Source: Yuukianura sp. NJ FZ-2021
Lineage: Eukaryota
Direction: 5' to 3'
Assembly: GCA_046563655.1 (NCBI GenBank)
Contig: CM102288.1
Span: 2,170,001-2,234,000 of the forward strand
Length of the DNA stretch: 64,000 nucleotides
Below are positions 18,691-31,961 of the stretch, one piece after another; position 1 is the first letter of the stretch; each line of letters begins with the position of its first letter. Below the pieces are notes generated by a model. That model worked only from the letters and a program-made list of their open reading frames with translations. It did not search any database and was not told the origin of the DNA. Made by a program: the position numbers and the translations under genes.

Positions 18691-19551
18691 GGAGGGTTGA
18701 CCTTTGACCTTTGGATTTGATCTTGCAGAGGTCAACTGAAAATCGCTTCTTCTAATTGAAATGTTTGGTACACAACTGCAAAAAATCATGCAAACTTAAC
18801 TGCATTTTTTTGCATACGCTTAAGCATAACTTCAATTATTGATAATAACTTACGCAAAAATGCCAATTTCAATTGCCAAAATTTTCCTTCCATTTTCAAA
18901 ATTCTCTTGCTCTTTCGAAGCTTTACTTCAAATTACAGTTTTTGAATCGCTTTTCTTAATAGAAAAGACTTTGAAAAACTGAAATAAGGAACAACGAAAG
19001 GCGGCCGTTATGGAAAAAATTGTACAAAAATTGAAGGTTTAGCTTCATAAATTCCAATAATCATAAAGTTATTAATTATTTTATTAATTAAAATAAGTTA
19101 TTTTCGTATTTGTTCTTTTCTGGGATGATATAGGGCGTGGGCTTCCTGCAGAAGGGAAGGGGGTGTTTAGTAGAGTGTAGATAACTTAGTTGTGAATTAA
19201 ATATTTAAATGTATTTAAATTGGAAGTGCTAATGATTTTAATTAACTAATTCAGTTAATTATCGGAAGCTGGCTTCAATAAAACTCAAAAAAAGCAAAAA
19301 TTGAATGCCAAACTATGGTGATGCCCATGTCGGCCACATGGGTTGAGTGGGTGCACATTGAATGTGGAGGAAGTTTTAGATTTAGCAGTTTGTGTACTGC
19401 GTCAGGTCTGATTCGTTTTTGTCATTTACAATTTCACTTTCACACTACACTACGTAAGATTGTGATTTTAATTAAGTTTTAAAGTTAATTAACAGTTAGT
19501 TTATAAAGTTTTAACGACCACTGACGACGGCTGACTTCTGGTGGAACAGTT

Positions 19552-22500
19552 ATGTACAACGGAATTGGATTAACCACTCCTCGTGGTTCCGGTAAGTCTG
19601 ATTACTTTGTAACACTAAATAATGACTTTATGAAGTTCTCCAACTACTTACGACTAATCGATTAATGTTTAAGGTACCAATGGATTCGTTACTCGTAATC
19701 TCTCTGCTGTTCGGAAAACTAAAGAGAAGATTGAAGATTACAGAGACAAGGAAGATTCGGCTGTGAGGCCCTTCGACATCCAACTCATTGAGCATGAACG
19801 GAGGCGACAGGCAGAGGTTAGTTTTTAACATTCTTACGATTTGTAATTTGATTTCAAATGCTTATAAATGTGTTGGCTGTTTCTTAGGTAAGATGTATGG
19901 AGCTTCAGGAAATGCTGGAAGAAGAAGGTGTATCAGAAGAGGAGATTACAAAGAAAGTCAACGCATTTCGAACGAAACTTCTTGCCGACAAGAAATCAGG
20001 AGTCCTTCAAGATAGTTCCGGTCGTCCTTTGTAAGTCATTATGTTTTATTGTTTACCATGTAAAGATATATGTCTAGAATTAGTTCGGAAGTTGCAGTAC
20101 GCTTTGAGTCTTTTTCATCCTTCATATCGATTGCTGGAGAAAGCGAGAGCTTATGAGCTGTCGCACCTTTGCAGAGTAATTTTCATGCGTACTTTGGTCC
20201 TTGTATGGGAATGGAACGGAGAATATCGATTTTTGTGGAGTCTTTCCGAATCCTCTCTGGAAATCCTCTTGAATTATTGATTACTTTCTCTTGGGAAGCT
20301 CGACGATCTCTCGTTTAGTCTTAGTGGTTTCCCTTAAGCTTTCCTTTTCTGTTATTTAGGTTTCCGAGTTTAATTGGTTCCTAAATCGATTTAGGATTAT
20401 TTCCTCATCTAGTAGCGTGACTCTTTCCCATTTACAAACCAAAAATGGGTTGATTTTGTTTCGAAATAATCTTCTAGCACAGACAATAATTATTTCAAAG
20501 TTCGTCTCTCCTCGTCATAATAAGTGTGTACTTCAGGAGAGGTCAAACAAAGTGTCATTTGTGTGTGACACGCACCGCAGGAGTTTCTGGATTAGCAAGA
20601 AACCTCCGCATTATGTAAACAAAAAATCATCGTAACTTCCACGTAAATCATGTCTTCCAACATGTCTTCCACAAGCGATCTCACGGGTGATAGTAGGATA
20701 ATAGTTAAGATAGATCAAGAAAATCAGCGTTCTTCCTCATCCTCACCAACAAGCACTGAACAGCACAATGCACCACAACCAACACCCCCAGCACATTCCC
20801 CCAGTCCAGTACTAATTTCACACAAGGCAGAACATCAACACGGTAAAGGTCATGAGAAGTCGAGTATGCGTAGACGAGGTCAATCGAGGTCAACCACTAC
20901 CACGCGCCGAGTCACTTTCATCCCAGCATTTCATCGTCACGATGTCAGTCATGGACAACACTTAAGCCGAAGATTCTTTTTCTTGAATGCTCCAATGATT
21001 CTCTGCTGCTGCTCTCGAGGTCATCGAAAGAAGACAAGGTCAATGGCGTTTGTTAGGAATTGTGAATGCGTTATTTCTAGAAAACGTAGTTTAGATGCGG
21101 TAAAGTCCATTCCGTCCAAAAATGATAGGCATTGCTTCTAATTTATGTTTCCTGTCTTACTTTTTACATTTGTCTGAATTATTTCTCTGGTAATGACTGA
21201 TTAATAATTGATTTGTCTCATTTTTCTTTCTAACAGAGTGAAAGACAGTCACGAATTGTCGATGGCCCAGGAAGCTAAAAATGAGAAAGCCAAGAGCGCA
21301 TTTGGGATTCGTGAAGATTTTGTTCCAGGCTCTTCTGTCAGTAGCATGAACAAAGTTGGAGAAAAAGCAGCGGATGGAGCAGTAAGACGAAAACTTCTTA
21401 AATTCATAACCAATTAAACTAGTAACTAAATTTTGAATTTTGATTTACAGAATGACAAGGCAGGAGATGTAGCTGGAGAGAAAGAAAAATTGGAAAAGGA
21501 CAAGAAAAAGAAGAAATCCAGAAGACGGGATTCATCATCTTCGTCATCTTCAAGTTCAAGTTCGTCAGACGAAGAAGTGAAACGTAAAAGGAGAAAACGC
21601 GAAAAGAAAAAGAAAGCTAAAAAGTCACACCATCGTCACCGTTCCCACCATTCACAAAAGAACAAGTAAGTAAAAGTTGACATGGTTCCTGGACATTGTT
21701 TTAGAGGTTGTCTTTCTAATAAAATTCCCTTCTTTTCCTTGTCACTGCTAAAACTGCCAAAAATATTCGTGAGTCCACTTAATTCTTAAACTAATTTTAT
21801 GACCTCGTTGACCTCTTTCCTTTGCTCCGTATTTTGTAAGTTGATTTCAAAGGAGAAAGTACATCACGAGCACAGTACGTTTCAAAATTTATGGATTTTT
21901 AAATTATTGTTGGTGTTCGTGTTTTTATGAAATTTTTAATTTTTACTTTGCTGTCTGTCACTTGTTGACTCGACAAACACGATTTGATCTGGACAAGTTT
22001 GGTTTGGTAGAACTTTTTTGATTTTTCTTGTCTAATTGTTACTGAAATGATCCATTAATTGCTTAATTAACGTTGTAATTAAAAACGGTTATTTTTTCTC
22101 CTTAATTTTGTTAAACTCTCTCTTCTGGAGAAGTCATCAAGTTCAGGCGGAGGATTGGAAGGTAACATTTAACATAAAACATTCACCTGAAATCACACCT
22201 CAAAAATTCCCAATAATCCGTTCATTTGCTCTTCTACTTTCTTTCTCTTTTTAGAATTAGTATTTTTTTTTCTAAAATAGAAATCTAAGGTTGATCGGTT
22301 TTTGAAAAATTTTAAATTCAAGTGGTTTAACGTTTGTTTTTAAGACTACTGACAATATTTATGAGTGTAAATATTTTAAACATGATTCTAAATTGTAATC
22401 AATTTATTTTTGTTATTTTAGTTTTTGAATTTGGATTTTGAATTTTTGATTTTTGTTGCAGGAAAGACGATAGATCCAGATCTAGATCCAAAGAGAGAAA

Positions 22501-23960
22501 TAGCAATAGGTGAGATAACTTTTCAAAAAGTTCGGGGATTTGAAAATGAGTTTGTGAATTTGTGTATTTTTGTGTGCTAACTAACTTTTTGTACTAATTA
22601 CTAACTGTTTTGTGTAAGTGATGATGAGATTTGTGGTTGTTGCGACTTGGCTGCTTCTTCTACTGCAATGGGCTGCTTGACTCAATACTCAATTCATTCG
22701 GATTCCATGGACTCGGAGTGTGAGATGCATCATGACCTCTCATCTTCCGCCGCCGTGGTGACCTTGAACCTCAGTAACGAAATCCTCAATGTCGAATCTC
22801 CATTATGTGTCGTCTGTGTACCGGATGCTGAAACGCCTCAAAACACTGCTCCCGCTGACCCCAAAAGCTCAAACATGAACCAAGTACTTGTTTTGACGGA
22901 AGTCGTAACTCACAATGGAAATGGAAGATCCAGTCGCCATTCTTTCTCTAGTTCAAAATCTTCTCATCAAAGTTGGAGATCTGAAAGGAAGTCGAGATCA
23001 TACTCCAGGTCATCGTCAAGGTCACGGTCACGATCTTTGTCCTCAAGGGCATCCACATTCTCAAGCAGTAGCAGCGTAGCACATTCCGATCGGAGCTCTG
23101 TGTCTCGAAGGAGAAGACATTCAGCGGAATCTGATGATTCAGCCTATTCGGCAGAGATTCGGAAAAGTCGGACGAGAAGCAGAAGCAGAAATTATTCGAG
23201 AGGAAGCAGTCGAGGGAGAAGTGTTAGCGAAAATTCAAAGTCAAGGTCAAGATCTCGATCGAGGTCAAAGTCAGCGTCGAGGTCAAAGTCTCCGAGTTCG
23301 GTTGCTTCTGCGGTAGGGTCAGTCGCTTCTAGACGCTCTTCTCGTTCGTTGTCAATTCCACGACGGCGCGGCTCTCCTAGTTTTCTTGATCGTCGACGAA
23401 TTACAAGGTATTTGGGAGTTTCTATTCAACTTTGATTAATTTTTTGTTTTTTGTTTTATTTTTGATAGGTCGAGACGCTGAAACAGTTTCGTTCTCTTTG
23501 GTTTTCTCCGTTTTCGTTTTCTCACGATTTGTTTTGACAAGGATTCCAATTTTTGGTGAAAATTACTCCGTTTGGACTACCGCCGTTTTACGTTCGTTCA
23601 TTTTTGATTTAAGTTTGTTTTATGATTTATTAAGTTTATAGTAAGTTGAATAAGTATGACCTATTACTGTTATTTCAAATTTTCGTTTTTAGAAATAAAA
23701 GTGTATTATTTATTCTTTTATGTATTATTTATTATATATTTTTTGTTGATTTCAGTTTTCTGTACTTAGGACGTCCAAGTATCAATGACTTGTTTTATTT
23801 TTAGAACAAGAAGGAAATGTTGTTCTAAAATTTCGTAACTTTTGAAATTTTGTTTAGTGCAAGGAAGAGACCGATACCCTACAAAAGAGCAAAGGGGGAT
23901 GAATATGACGTTTCTAGCGAAACACCTTCGGATTCTGCCTCTGATGACAGCAGTGACTAA
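19552..23960 (+). CDS. Srrm234: Srrm234 (SRRM2/3/4 ancestor): N-terminal Cwc21 domain, RS-rich region, C-terminal eMIC domain
   Basis: Starts MYNGIGLTTPRGSGTNGFV (Cwc21/SRRM2 signature). Exons 19552-19591, 19674-19816, 19888-20030, 21237-21381, 21451-21665, 22462-22509, 22619-23407, 23858-23960 splice in frame. C-terminus RRRGSPSFLDRRRITSARKRPIPY is the SRRM3/4 eMIC motif. Confidence 0.9.
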
Positions 23961-25446
23961 AATGTCACAAAATGGGGAGCCAAAGTGCCAGAGGTCAAAG
24001 GGCAACAACATCTCAGCGCTTGGAAAAAGTAGTTGAATTTAGTACTTGCTTGAAGGGAATCAGTAGACGAATAATTTGCATGGATTGGAGCTGAATGAAG
24101 ATGGATACATATGATATCTTTTGGTTTTGATTTTTGTGTAGTTCATTTTAATTAATTTGTGAGTGATCTGTAATTTTTGTGAAGAGTTTCCTTGTTCCTC
24201 GCGTACTCATGTATTTCTAAGCAATTAAGTAATTTTTTAATTGGAAATAGTCATATTTTGACCTGGTTTTACTGAATCTCTTAACATTCCATTGAATTTT
24301 ACTGAAACTTAACTATATTGTTAACAAAAGAATCTCTGAAAACAACTTACGTTAAATTGACTAATAAATTACCCATTATGATGGCTTTCAATATAGTATG
24401 ATTTAATTTTTTTCATTTAAACATAAATAACAACTATTAACTTTAAAATTGCTTTGGATTATGCTGAATTTATTCGCGTAGAAATAAGCTCTCTAACGCA
24501 TTTCATTCCACAGATATGAATTTTTAAATTTTTTGAATTTTAGAATTTTTTTTTGGAAGAGATTTTATGTTGGGAAGCTAGAAAGGTTTTGTGCTTTGAA
24601 ACTGTCCGGAGCTATGCGGAGATCGTACGTTGCAGAAAGGCACCTCGCTTTTCTCAACTTTTTCCCACTGGCGGCATTCCCATACAAAAGCAAGGCAGAG
24701 GAAGCTTTCCTATCCACCTCTTTGCTTCGTAGAATCCCCTATCTCAATTCTACCAAAATCACACTAGAAGTTTACGATCCCTAGGATCACAAAGTTATAA
24801 AAATTGCAACTTTTTAGTGATTTCTGCAACTCCATCGGCTGGCTCAGGTTCCAGAACACTAATTCACATAATTTAGTGCAAAAATTTGCCAAAAGACGCC
24901 CGTTCAAAATTTTATGAAATTTCAAAAAACAGTCAAGCGCTAATTTAAGACTAGGTAACATGGATATACCACCGATGACTGACGCCAAAGTTTTTCTCCC
25001 ATCTCCCACTTCATCCACTTCAAAGTGGATGAGATTTTAATTGAAGCTGTGTGAGTGTCATAAAAACTCTCACTTTTTTAGTGCTGAACTTGTGAAAGTC
25101 ACGTTAAAAAGTTATCTTCTCCGTCCGTGGTCAAACCAGCTGTTCAGTTCTTGTGCAATTTTTACACGATTAGTCACCCCGGGGTTTGCTAACATCAATT
25201 TCCTACAACGAAAATTGCTAAAAGAAGAGATAAAGGTAACAAAAAAGCTTCTTTTCATCTTTTGGTGCTGCAAAAAGTGCAAATTTTTATTTCTTGCTGA
25301 AATTGGTATACTTTATCCCGTAGGTTGTGAATTTCGCAAATTGAAACTCCATTACTTTTAAAATTCGAAGAATCCGAGAAGTTGGAGCTTTTCGCGAGAG
25401 ACACGCTAGGAGCTGACGCTGAACGCTGAATGCTAGGCGAAGAGGG

Positions 25447-26614
25447 ATGATGAGCGGATCTGGAACTGTTCGGAAGGGACTCCCTATCGTGTACAATTCT
25501 TTGCAACAAGTACTCAAGACACTGAAAACGTCCGATGTAAGACAATTGTCAACAAAGTCAAGATCATTTAAGAAAAGGCACAAACAATTATGCTTTGTTT
25601 ATGATTATTTACAGGTATGCAATCGAAGTGAAGTGTCACAGTTGATAACAATTGGGATCAACAATGGAATCCTGGATAAATCGGCTGAACCAATTCCCAG
25701 GCACATGTCGGTTATGAAACCAAAGTTACCATTCATCGTTATTGAAGGGCTTGATGGTAGTGGTAAGTGACTTACCATCAATACATGTACTACATGCTAA
25801 TTGTTATAAGTTAATTATTTATGATTACAGTTTGATTTGTGAATTTCTAGGAAAGACGAAGGTCAGTACTTGTTTAGCGGAGAAATTAGGATTAGATCTG
25901 ATGGGAACTCCACCACTGGGGATCAAACATCTCAAGGATTTCTTTGATCAACAAATTGAACCAATTCGAAGAGCGTATTACTCTTTCGGAAACTACTTGG
26001 CAGCACAGGAAGTGTTACGATCCAACTTTGGAAGTGGCATCATCATGGATCGGTAACGTTTACACTGCTGAATGCTGGAGTTAACTTCCAGTAATCGAAA
26101 ACGGCCAACTGACTTATCTTTCACACTTATAGATACTTCCACAGTACTGCAGCTTATGCTTTGGCACATGAGATTTCATCGCATTCATCTGCTGGCGAAA
26201 CAACAATGTCCGACTACCTCTGGCCCACGGACCTTCTGAAACCAGATCTTGTTCTGTTCCTAATTGTTTCTGAAGAAGTTAGAAGATATCGACATGCATT
26301 CCGTAACACCACAAATACACCGGAAGAACAAAAACTAGCTACAAATGGAGTTTTTAGACAAAAGTAACACAAAAAGCAACAAAAATACCTTATACTAAAG
26401 CACTAAAAGTATCCAAAAGATTTCTAACTTTCTAATTTCTAATTTCAGTCTAATCGACAGCTACCTACAAATCAAAGGCGTTCCACTAGTTCAATTCGAT
26501 GCTAACGAAGACATTGAGGTCGTCAAGGTCAAAACAGTTGAAAAAGTGCTAGAACTATTTCCAATTTTAGCTGAAACTGGACAAAATGGACTCAATTCCG
26601 TAGCAAAGCCTTGA
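25447..26614 (+). CDS. CMPK2: CMPK2-like UMP-CMP kinase 2 (thymidylate kinase family)
   Basis: P-loop IVIEGLDGSGKT, TPP, RRAYYSFGNYLAA, IMDRYFHSTAAY and WPTDLLKPDLV motifs typical of CMPK2. Five exons, including a probable in-frame 78-nt intron 25537-25614; stop at 26612-26614. Confidence 0.85.
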
Positions 26615-27190
26615 ATTCTAAAGAACAAGTGACTTAATAAAGCGTCAGTTTGTAAGTTTAATTTAAAATGGATTTTAATTCACAATTGACTAATAACTTA
26701 AAAAAAATTGCTGCATCCAGTGTTTGCTGCCTTCCTTGGTTACTTAAAACATCGCTGGTGCGAATTCAATCGTACCGTTGTCAAAAAACCAATGGTCAAT
26801 CGTTAGTTACAATTTTTTTGTTTTAAATTAAAGAACACGACTTGATAATGTCGAGGAAAGGGATGACGAGACGACGTCGTCGGCGGGTGAGATGAAGTTT
26901 TTGGCAATGGCTTTTAGTTTAAACCAAGTCTTGTGTTAAAAAGTAGCGTTTTAGCATTATTTAGCGATAGGTTTTAAATAATAATTAATTTAGCGATTAA
27001 TAATATCGAGAGAGAAGAAGTTTAAGAATGGAGTTCACTACACCCGACCAAAAAAACAAATCGTGTCGTCGTTCTCCGACGAAAGACGAGTCGCCATTGC
27101 ACTTTTTACGTTTTTAGTACAGAATTTAACCATACCTTAACTTTACGCTTACCGGGACATTCGGACACTTCCGGAATCTTCTCCGCTACT

Positions 27191-30100
27191 TCAATAGACG
27201 TTGACTTTCTGCTTAATCGGGGTTCTACAGAAGTGACAAGTCGTGAGGGCATTGGAGCACTTCTCACAAGCTCCATGTCCACACAGAAAAATAACGTTCT
27301 TCTTCCTCTCCATGCAGATGGAACAGCAGTACAGATCCTCTATTTCTGCAAACTTCTTTTCCAAATACTTGAGTCGTTCGGCATTAGGGTTCGGTTTGTT
27401 TGATCCACCAGAAGTGTTGGTCGTATTGCTGGTACTGGAACACGGTCCTCCACTTCCCACGCTCTTTCCAGATCGATTTGTCTTGCGTTCAATTGACTCT
27501 TTGCAAGTGATACACTTCTTCATACGAATACAACATTCTTCACAGACGAGACGATGACCACAGGGGTCAAACGTAACCAGATCAGCTACTTCCGAGCACA
27601 TTATGCACTCTCCATGCCATGGTTGACTTAGCGTTGGTGGTGGTGGGCAAATGGGCAGAGCAAGAGCTGCTGCTGGACTGCTGCTACTCACTCCACCAGC
27701 GACTCCAATAGGACTTGTTATGCAATTTGTGTGCGTCTGCGATGGACCGTCACCGCTCGGACTCTCGTCTGCTCTGGTCGGAGGATTTCTGAAGCTAAAG
27801 AATGAAAAATATCAAAAATTAACGCAATTACTACGTTAAGTTAATTAAAACTGTTTGATTTATCTCACATTGGTTGGGCAGAGTAGTAAGTCAGCATAGC
27901 TCGTAAACGATCGGAGTTCACCAAATCCAACGGACTCAACCCACGACGATTTGTTCTGACACTGGACTCTGCACAGGCACCAGCCGAAACCAGGAAACAA
28001 CAGAGAGCAGCAGGACCAAGGTCATCGTCATCAACTTCCCAACCACAAGTTAGCAAATGATTACAAATCTGTAACATTGAAAAAGTGAGTTAATACAAAA
28101 AAGAGTACATTCAAAAGACACGGAATCGCCTATTTTTCCGAAATTCTTACCGCTGCAATTTGTGGAGCGTTTTCATGTTTTCGCAATTCGTTTGCAGTGA
28201 CAGGATTTGGGACTTGTCCAGGCGACGTCGCAGAGGATGAAGAATTCTGAGCCTGTTCTCCATGCATATCAAAATGTTTCGTAAGAATAACATGGAGTGG
28301 CGTATCAGCATCTTCGTCTTCAGGTGAAACTGCTGCTCCTTGACTAACAAGATACTCCACAATACCACAATATCCTTGAGACACCGCAAGATGCAACGCC
28401 GTTTGTTTTCGGTTATTTCGAATTTCAAGATCTGCTTGTCCTTCTTCAATCAGAGCCTTCGTCACGGCGTAGTGCCCGTTCAGACAAGCCAAATGAAGGG
28501 CAGAGAATCCATCGTCTTTCTTGACATCCACAAGTTGACGAGCTTTGCTAAGAAGACGTTCTACAGCATAATGGTTTCCCTTGAGTGCTGCATGGTGCAA
28601 CACATTGAAGCCACGATTATTCCTCAACGTAAAATCGACTCCTGTGATACAGAATGAAATATTTACTAAAACTTCGAATTTTAGTTACAATTCTGCTGGT
28701 TTTGATTAATTTTTATTTTACCTGGCGTATTTATTAAACAGTCTGTGATCTCATGATTGTCCTTTCCAATGGCATCATGCAGAGGCGTATCGGCAAAACT
28801 ATCCTGTAACAAAATTACAAACGACCATAATGTTGAATTCAACTTCGTAACAAATTTTTAAGGTCAAGGTCATGAGACACATTATAGTCAAAACTCACCT
28901 GAACGTTGACATTGCACTTGTACTTCAGTAGAATCTTGACACATTCTCCAAACTGTTTGTTGACTCTGCAAATTTTAATATTACACAAACCTTTAGTTCA
29001 TAAGTTTAGTCTGAACATGTTTCAGAACGCTGTGAATAAACTTACGCCACATGAAGAGCGCTGCACTGTCCTCTGTTTATTGCATTTACCAAAGCTCCAG
29101 CTTTTAGCAAAAGTTCCATCACAAGCGGCTGATTTCCGAACGCTGCAAAATGCAGAGCAGAATCCCCATCGTCATCTGTGATTTCAAGGTTTGCTCCATT
29201 GGCAATAAGAAGAACGACTAAATCAAAATGTCCTTGGTGAGAAGCCACTTGCAGCGGTGTTTTGCCACTACTTTTGTGATTGATTCTTTCCCGCATCTTT
29301 GGAAGCATCTTTTTCACAGTCTCTACTCGTCCTTGGGCACATTCTCGTACAAAGCGTTCCACAGTACAGGCCGAAGTATCTAACGACATTTCTCCAAGTA
29401 GTTGAGGAAGCATTGCCATCATCGGGTCATGACCTTCTCAAAACAAAAGCAACACAGTTATCAGAACACATAAACACAGCAGTTTATCTAAAAACAAAGA
29501 AATGGAAACTTACTCATCGTTTCTTCTCTCCTATTGGCATTGGCATACATGGAGTTATTGGACTCAAATCGATCCGATGGAACTAATCTGACTCCAAGCG
29601 GATTCATGGTAAACAATACTGTTCCAAAGTTAATTCGGAGGTCATTGTCAGCGTAGATCTTGAGAATGGTCCCCGTTCGACCCAGAAATTCCTTCATCAC
29701 GTCTACCCATTCACCATGACCTCTTTGGAGTTCCTTTAGTTTGGCCATGTCCGAGATCACTTGGACAGTGTCACCGACAGAGAAAGACGTGATTTTGGTA
29801 AGAGCTGCAGCATTAAATGTCCATCGAATTCCAGTCTCATATTCTACACGAATGTCACCTTTGTCTGTGACGCGGTGAAGAGTCCCGACTTTTCCGACAA
29901 ACTGAAAAAATGAGCTCAAATGAGTATTCACAGTTATGTTATTTCGTTTTTTCTATAAAAATTACAAACCTCGGCCATTCTGGGGTTCCAGCCACCATGG
30001 CCGTCTTGCATTTCCTTGAGTCGAGAGAGGTCAGCGGTAACTTGAACTTTGTCGCCAACGTTGAACGAATGAGATTGGGAGCGACTAAGAGCTGACGTCT

Positions 30101-31503
30101 TGGGAACTACACCAGTAGTGCTTCGAGATAAGGTCGTGGCAGGCATACCTGTCAAAGTCAAAAGTCAAACAAATACTGACTAAGTAATTTCAGACTGTGA
30201 AGTTTGTCTACACAAGATAAGATGTATTTCAGTTTGGGGTCAAGGTTTTGAACAACCTTACCCAGAATAGGAAGGTGATTCACATAGTAAGATCCGGCTG
30301 ACGAAGCTTGGACACACTTCAGATCCTGCAATAGAAGGTTTACAAGGTTAAACACACATAAAACCTAACAACATTGTTTAAAAACTTTTTAAGGCAGTCC
30401 ATTATCGGCTTTGTGTCTTACCACTTTGCCTTTATGTCCCAAGCGATAAACATTTGTACTTCCGTTAGACCAAATTACATTAGCCACAGAACGTCCAGAC
30501 TCCTTCTCCCAGCCTCGAGTGTCAATGACCCGACCAACCTTTCCTAAAAACATTGTATGATTTCAATTCCGATCAATTTATGACACAATTCGAAGTGTCC
30601 ACAAAAGTATGGAATTACACCAAGTTCTTAGCGACGATTCCACTGTGCTTTGCATTTTGTTCATTACATTTGTCATTTCTTACCTTCACCACCGTCCTGA
30701 TTTCCCCAGTCCCACTAAATAATTCACAATTCAAACGAATAAGGTACTGGAATGTCAACAATTAGGAGAATCAATTATTAATTAAAACTTACATCACACC
30801 CTCGTATCACGCGAGCTAAAATACAGAAAGGAATGAGTACAAAGTTAAAAATCAAGAAATAGAGTGAGTATGGGAGGAAATACGGTAGTTTATAAAGTTG
30901 TTACCTCCAGCAAAGATTCCTTTTGAAACAATCTTGGGAGAATTTACTCGTGGCTCCACATCAACGCTGTTGAAACAAAATACAGTTAGATTTATCAATA
31001 AATCATAACTTCCCTCAATACAGTTAGCTCAAAGTGTTTGGAGAAATCGTCGGAGTTGCAGTCTAGCAATTGAAAAAGACATTTTGTGGAAGAATTTCAA
31101 CGTACGGCATCGATGTTGGCGTGTCAAATCTTCGGAAAGGATGACTCAAGTCATGCGTATCGTTCATATAGCAAGTCGTACAGAGGTCAAAGTCAAAACA
31201 TCGAGCACACTTCCACAGCATCCCGGATACTCCGTGATCCTTGCATCCATCACAGATGACATTGCTAAATTGGACACCTTGCGGAGCATTGTCGAATACT
31301 CGCAGGTCATAGGCATCTTGATATCCAATTCGATAGTTCGTACGCGACCCCATGTCCCATTGAACCACTACTGTCTTGTCTGGTGACGATGAAGACCCGC
31401 TCCGTCCAATTTCCACGACTGTGCCGACATGACCTTCTGAATTATCCTGGTTTCCCCATTTCCAATCCGGGCCGCGAACCACTCTCACACCGATATCATG
31501 CAT
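27191..31503 (-). CDS. mib2: E3 ubiquitin ligase mind bomb 2 (MIB/HERC2-ZZ-MIB/HERC2, MIB repeats, ankyrin repeats, two RING fingers)
   Basis: N-terminus GVRVVRGPDWKWGNQD..EGHVGTVVEIG..SPDKTVVVQWD..RTNYRIGYQDAYDL; ZZ finger; MQDGHGGWNPRM MIB repeat; ankyrin repeats GFNVLHHAALKGN and DGFSALHLACLNGH; two C-terminal RINGs. Many short exons. Confidence 0.93.
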
Positions 31504-31961
31504 TATTGTCGCCGTTCCCTGCAAAAGTTCAATAAAAAATTATTGCAATAAACAGATGACACAACTATCACTTATTTCCAATGCAAGTCCAGAAAAATCC
31601 AGGTTGTTGCAAAGAACATAAAAACCAAAGTTAATTACGATTAACGATTCTATAGAAAAGTAATGCACTTACGTTAGTATATCCAAAATAATGGCTCTAC
31701 TCCAGACCAGACACACCTTATAATTGTTGATCGATGCTTCTAATCAGTAGTTTAATCCTGGTACTTGTTTGCAATCAACACAAAACAATGTCTGTCCTCG
31801 TCAGCTGTTTTTTTTGCTATCTTCAATTCCGCTCTCGTTCGTGTGGCTCTTCTCTCCTCCTATTCCAGCTTGTTTGATAAGTTAACTGCACATACTTCAC
31901 TTCAATTTACTGTTCCTTGATTAATTAACAGTTAGATTAACAGCTTCATTTCTCAAAATGA

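Noticed and set aside
21853..22161. Candidate small exons inside Srrm234 intron 5 (22 nt and 28/31 nt)
   Set aside because: Weak splice sites, and no combination preserves the reading frame into exon 22462.
24560..24900. Possible ncRNA: hairpin at ~24688-24727 and a minus-strand Sm-site-like AATTTTTG followed by a stem
   Set aside because: No recognisable snRNA, RNase P/MRP or 7SK conserved boxes and no clear PSE. An Infernal/Rfam scan would be needed.
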